Of a stretch of 64,000 bases of DNA, positions 58,950 through 64,000 are shown one piece after another. The notes beneath the pieces were generated by a model that was not told the DNA's origin, made no database searches, and saw nothing but the letters and a program-made list of their open reading frames with translations. A program made the translations under genes and the position numbers. The DNA comes from Octopus vulgaris (lineage: Eukaryota), in NCBI GenBank assembly GCA_951406725.2, contig OX597843.1, positions 8,370,001 through 8,434,000 on the forward strand, given 5' to 3'. Every line of letters starts with the position of its first letter. Position 1 is the stretch's first letter.

Positions 58950-59040
58950 CCTACTTCCGGTTCAGTCGAAGCTGGTCCGAACCAGTTTCCGGTTCTGAAG
59001 CCGTTGCCTGATTACTTCTTAAATTCAAGATGGCGTAAAA
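58950..59040. promoter_or_regulatory. Two ETS-type TTCCGG sites plus a YY1-type CAAGATGGCG
   Basis: ACTTCCGGTT near 58953, TTTCCGGTT near 58986, CAAGATGGCG at 59026-59035. Confidence 0.35.
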
Positions 59041-59168
59041 GGCCCGGTGCGTGGGCTGGGGGAGTTTGAGTGACTTACAGACAGACACACACATATTTAT
59101 ATACAAGCGCACATACGTATACTTTCAAACATATATATGCATATAAGAACATATATATATATACATAC

Positions 59169-59227
<59 letters not shown>

Positions 59228-59322
59228 TAAGTATATACAGATATATCCATATATCCATACATATATACATGCAAATATATATATATGTATGTATATATAT
59301 ATAAACATATAAATTCATACAT

Positions 59323-59364
<42 letters not shown>

Positions 59365-59365
59365 C

Positions 59366-59402
<37 letters not shown>

Positions 59403-59403
59403 C

Positions 59404-59441
<38 letters not shown>

Positions 59442-59482
59442 GTATGTATATGTATATATATATATACGGATTACAAGTCGCT

Positions 59483-59533
<51 letters not shown>

Positions 59534-59897
59534 CAAGATTCATGTCTTAAAGTGATGATGAGGATGAGGATGGTGATGATGATGATGAGGAGGAGGTGGA
59601 GGATGAAGACGATGGCGATGGTGATCCTATACCATACAGCGTGTATAACTACTACAATACAAAGTCGAGCTGGTTATTGTTTTCGTAACAAATACACGCT
59701 CTCTTGTTTGTTTGATTGTTTGGGGGGTTTTTTACGTGTTTTTGTTGCATGTATTTTTAATTTCTTTCTTCTTTCATTCCTTTATATTCCTTTTTTTCTT
59801 TTTTACCATCATTGTTCTATTCTTTGGTTCACTGAGAATTCCGTTCTTTTGTCTACGCCACGGTGTATATATATACACATATATATATATACATATA

Positions 59898-59974
<77 letters not shown>

Positions 59975-60141
59975 GTATGTATTTATGTAAGTGTATTTTC
60001 GTGTATATAACGCGTATAAATGTCCACGTATACAAAGATATGTTTATGAAGAAATATACGTTTGTACATAGTTATATATAAATATATATGCCCATATAAT
60101 ATATACATACATATATATATATATACATATATATATACATA

Positions 60142-60246
<105 letters not shown>

Positions 60247-60249
60247 GTA

Positions 60250-60537
60250 TGTGATGGACTCCCTCGTCGAAGGCGACGTATAACCGTTCAGCCTCTCACC
60301 GAACGATCAGCAAAAGTGAATTGTTTCTAGTGATCGAATGATTGTGCCACACACTAGCTCATTCTTTGCATCAGATCGACTTTGTTTGAACAGGTGCACG
60401 GAGTGCCATATATCAGGTGTCGAAGTGACCGTAGTACTACGCGAGATGAAACGCAGAGCACCACCCGATCTAAGAATTGAAACCAGAATCTCGTGACTAT
60501 GACTGCATCAACCTAATCCCCAGGCTATGGGTCCTCA
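60250..60537 (-). mobile_element. Highly degenerate tRNA-headed SINE
   Basis: - strand ...ATAGCCTGGGGATTAGG...GGTTTCAATTCTT resembles the S3/S4 heads. Confidence 0.5.
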
Positions 60538-61093
60538 TATATGTATATATGTATATATATCCCGGAAGGATGAAAAGCAAAGTCGACCTGGGTGGTTTAG
60601 CACCTTATATATGAAAGGTCACTTCTGTACATCCATCGGCTAACTTTAGTTAAATGGTTATTAGACGGCCTAGGGCTATAATGGAAGATTCATACAAAAG
60701 GTGCCACTATGAAGTTTACGTGTAACCATGTGGCTTTGGTGTGGAGGTCTTAACTACGTGGCCAACATATAAAATGAAATATTTCGATTACGGATTATAA
60801 GTCCCTACTTTAAGTTTCATGTTTTGAAATATTTGCGTCATCGTCAGAACAGAAGTTGTGTGTCAATATCTTGGGATTATGTTATGAATAGTTATTTGAT
60901 GATGTCAAAAAGCCTGCCATTGAATACCTATGACAGTATGCAGATACTAGCTACACAAATATTCATTCAGAAATTCATTCATTTTGGTGCTGTGTATAAA
61001 GAAGGAAATAGCGTGAAACTCAGAGTTGTGACAGGAAGAAGTTTCGTTGTAGATTAAAATAAAGGGATAAAATCCAATAGGTGTCTATCGATA

Positions 61094-61153
<60 letters not shown>

Positions 61154-61373
61154 CATTTATCCATCTGTCTTCCTGTCTGTCTGTCTGTCTGTTTGTATGT
61201 CTGTCTACCTGTTTGTTTGTCCGTGTATATATATCTCTGTGCGTGTCTGTGTGTATGTATGTGTGTGTGTGTTTGTGTCTATTACGTATCTTTCAGTCCA
61301 TTTAACTGTCTAAGACCAATCTATCTATCTATCTATCTATCTATCTATGTATCTATCTATCTATCTATCAATA

Positions 61374-61474
<101 letters not shown>

Positions 61475-61494
61475 ATCTATCTATCTATCTATCC

Positions 61495-61534
<40 letters not shown>

Positions 61535-61656
61535 GTCTGTCTGTCTGACTGTCTGTCTGTCTGTCTGTCTGTCTATTTACGTTTCTTTCTACTCATCATT
61601 TCATCCCATTCTTATTTCCCTATGTTCTTCAGCTTCATTGTCATTCTCGCCCGATG

Positions 61657-61720
<64 letters not shown>

Positions 61721-62006
61721 ACATGCTTAGTAACATTCACAGACCAGTAGCCAAGTTGCATACTTTTCGCTCAAGGTCCAGTTATCACATAATTACGAAG
61801 TTGACAAACCTCCAGGCGCATTCTACTTCTCTGTCCGCCATTGCAAGGAATAATGGCGGCGACAGCAAAGTCAACAACAACAACAACGACAGCAATAACA
61901 ACAACGTCATACGACAAAACATGGGAGGGGTGGTCGCGGCGAACACGGAAAGGAAAGTAGGGACAACAGCAAAGGGAAATAAAATTAATACGATTATTGT
62001 TATTGC

Positions 62007-62058
<52 letters not shown>

Positions 62059-62075
62059 TATTATTAATATTATTA

Positions 62076-62106
<31 letters not shown>

Positions 62107-62130
62107 GACTATTATTATTATTATTATGAC

Positions 62131-62220
<90 letters not shown>

Positions 62221-62252
62221 CATTATTATTATCATTTATTATTATTATTATA

Positions 62253-62403
<151 letters not shown>

Positions 62404-62434
62404 TATTATTATTATTATTATTTTTATTGTTATA

Positions 62435-62477
<43 letters not shown>

Positions 62478-62708
62478 GTAGTAGTAGTAGTAGTAGTAGT
62501 AATAGTAGTAGTAGTAGTAGTAGTAGTATCTTTTGTTTTGTAATTATAGTAAGAAATTCCAATGTCAATATAATAATAATAGTAGTACTATAAACAATAA
62601 CATCAACAAAAAAAAGAAACAAAGACAACAACTACAAATACAAGAAGAATGGGAATTAATATATCGTCAACAACATGATGGCGATGTCGATATGAATAAT
62701 GATAAGAC

Positions 62709-62768
<60 letters not shown>

Positions 62769-62843
62769 ATAATAATAATAATAATAACCATAATAATAAC
62801 CATAATAATAATAATAATAATCGTAATAATAATAATAATAATA

Positions 62844-62909
<66 letters not shown>

Positions 62910-62921
62910 TTTATTATAATC

Positions 62922-63080
62922 CTTTCTTCTAAAGGCACAGGGCCTGAAATTTGGGGGAAGAAGGCCAGTCGATTACATCGACCCCAGTGCTCAACTGGTA
63001 CTTATTTTATCGGTCCCGAAAGGATGAAAGGCAAAGTCGACCCCGGGGGGAATTTGAACTCCGAACCTAAAGACGAAAGA
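62922..63080 (-). mobile_element. SINE S1 (ATT-tail type), head truncated
   Basis: CCTTTCTTCTAAAGGCACAGGGCCTGAAATTTG...GAAAGGATGAAAGGCAAAGTCGACC. Confidence 0.85.
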
Positions 63081-63094
63081 AATAATAATAATAA

Positions 63095-63572
63095 ATGCCC
63101 TGATGCAGTACCAGGCAGTGGCTCTCGTGTCTTCTGATCTTAACTGATTGGAAGTGTTATCATGTACATTGTTTTGTCTTGGTATAAAAGATGGGCTACA
63201 GCAAATATTCTGCTCAATACCACAGATTTGCTTGTCAGTTGTTTGACCTTAACCAGTTGAACGTGTCCCTTGGTGGCTGACGATATGTGCATCTCTGATC
63301 ACGAGCAGAAGTAGTTGGGGAGAATCATAGCCATGTGTTGAGAGGGATTCTTTGGGGTTTGAATAATTCACCTCTGGAAACATGGGTGGTTCGTTTAACA
63401 TCCTTAAACAACCCTTATTCAGGGACCTTTTGAGCGGGATGGGTTACTCGACAAGAAGAAAATTCTAACTGGGCCCCACCTGCAACGTCATGCGCTGTTT
63501 ATCTTGATATGATATTACCATGTCGCGCACATATGGTTGTGATGCATGTGCCTAGTGTACTCTTATCAGACG
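63095..63572 (-). mobile_element. Dispersed repeat R1, longer copy adjoining (AAT)n
   Basis: Reverse-complement match to 34488-34765. Confidence 0.75.
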
Positions 63573-63682
63573 GATGAGGATGCTGATCACAACACTGACG
63601 ATGACAACGACGACGATTATGATGATGATGACGAAGTCGATGCTGATGATAATGATGACGATGATGATGATGATGATGATGC

Positions 63683-63724
<42 letters not shown>

Positions 63725-64000
63725 CGAAGATGATGACGATGATGATGACGACGACATCGGTGATGATGATGATGATGACAATAACGACGATGATGACGAC
63801 CAAAATCATGATCAAGAAGATGATGGTGATGATGATAATGACGACGATGATGATGATAGCCATCCCGGCGATGACGACCATCTTTATGATGATGACGACG
63901 ACGACGACAATAATGATGATGATGAAGAGGAGGAGGAGGAAGAAGAAGTGGCGGTGGTAGACGATGACAGGCATAAAGAAAAGGGATGATGGCTACAACA

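Overview
Eukaryotic, AT-rich, non-coding DNA (intergenic or deep intronic). The repeat families and the extreme (TA)n/(CA)n/(AAT)n/(GATA)n/(TACA)n load resemble an octopus (coleoid cephalopod) genome; this is inference from recalled repeat families, not a database match. I found no intact protein-coding gene: nearly all listed ORFs are translated microsatellites. Identifiable content: four tRNA-headed SINE families in many copies, two decayed LINE ORF 3' ends (CR1-like and RLE-type), a 30-bp-TIR MITE present twice in inverted orientation, and a TTAA-flanked piggyBac-like MITE whose interior is amplified into a 9 x 108-bp array. The most interesting signal is a set of short (about 150-250 nt) elements beside (TA)n tracts that carry minimal type I hammerhead ribozyme folds with palindromic helix III (Penelope/retrozyme-like). 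They show three non-canonical cores (CUGUAGA, CCGACGA and the covarying U3-A8 UUGAAAA) and include a head-to-tail dimer. Unique islands between repeats carry many YY1/Pho-type motifs, an ETS-CRE composite, and a 51-nt G-U-containing hairpin (pre-miRNA candidate or inverted CCAAT pair). Coordinates were counted by eye and repeat boundaries are approximate.
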